From Cyanobacteria bacterium P01_A01_bin.123 (lineage in GTDB: Bacteria > Cyanobacteriota > Cyanobacteriia > Phormidesmidales > Phormidesmidaceae), in assembly GCA_039815185.1 (NCBI GenBank), contig JBCBZT010000003.1, positions 32,001 to 96,000 on the forward strand: a stretch of 64,000 nt of DNA, written 5' to 3'. Positions within the stretch are counted from its first letter, which is position 1. Every line of letters starts with the position of its first letter. Below are positions 63,479-64,000 of this stretch, piece by piece. A program made the translations under genes and the position numbers. The notes below the pieces were generated by a model. It was not told the origin of the DNA. It worked only from the letters and a program-made list of their open reading frames with translations, and did no database searches.

Positions 63479-63674
63479 TGGTATGGCCAGACTCTTCCAA
63501 CTAGCATGGCCTTTGAGATTGAACCAACGCTCCGAATATTGCAAAGACGTTAGAAATTGGAATTTAAGTTAAGCCGTTTCAGAAATCTCCGCGTCTCAAT
63601 CCAGATGGATTAGGGTATCCTTGCGAAGGCAGAATGGCAAACTGCTGTACTGATAGGCGTTTGGTGCAAAACCT

Positions 63675-64000
63675 ATGGGACAGATTTTCATTTCAGCAGG
63701 ACACGGTGGGTTAGAAAACGGTGTGGTAGATCCGGGGGTAACCGCTAGCGGGACGACCGAAGCCCAGGAAATGATTCGTCTGCGCGATTTTATTGTGCCG
63801 GAGCTGCGATCGCGTAACTTTACCGTGTTCTCTGTGCCTGATGATCTGAGCGCAAACGGCACCATAGATTGGATTAACGCCCGCTGTCAACAAGGAGATG
63901 TAGCCCTTGAAATTCATGCCGGAGCATCAGGCGATACGGCGGCGCGGGGGGCAACGGCCTATCACATTGCCAATAATGAAGCTCGCAAAGCCCATGCGGA
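63675..64000 (+). CDS. N-acetylmuramoyl-L-alanine amidase (Amidase_3), 5' part
   Basis: Manual translation MGQIFISAGHGG...DPG...TTEAQEM...ALEIHA; runs off the window. Confidence 0.82.
   Translation, partial: MGQIFISAGHGGLENGVVDPGVTASGTTEAQEMIRLRDFIVPELRSRNFTVFSVPDDLSANGTIDWINARCQQGDVALEIHAGASGDTAARGATAYHIANNEARKAHA

Overview
Chromosomal window from a cyanobacterium, probably filamentous. This is inferred from dense HIP1 GCGATCGC octamers, a WCGLC thioredoxin, a cyanobacterial-type PilA and an NHLP-type exporter. No rRNA, tRNA or CRISPR array was seen. Housekeeping genes (comM/yifB, ribD, trxC, UvrD helicase, yajQ, xth, ubiD, SUI1) are interspersed with four accessory blocks. (1) An NHLP/bacteriocin-type export cluster with an internally shortened adaptor and a divergent double-glycine precursor whose core is a tandem NLDxxRxENLDKD repeat. 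(2) A glutamine-synthetase-like ligase, two PhyH dioxygenases and a GATase-like gene, with non-canonical active sites. (3) An AT-richer glycan locus with two O-antigen-ligase/O-OTase genes converging on the major type IV pilin. (4) The strongest signal: a DAHP synthase lacking its N-terminal regulatory domain, preceded by a sigma70 promoter and two consecutive leader-peptide attenuators. Each attenuator has an aromatic-rich uORF (MSAIAHKFYFWHFIPVHWG; MPLSNPWLFDFYFYTLIGSG), an intrinsic terminator and a competing antiterminator. Small non-coding elements include a MITE with an 8-bp target duplication, a ~80-bp dispersed repeat, a perfect 25-bp inverted repeat and a shared CCGTA-N4-TACGG palindrome. 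All calls come from manual motif reading; no database searches were run.
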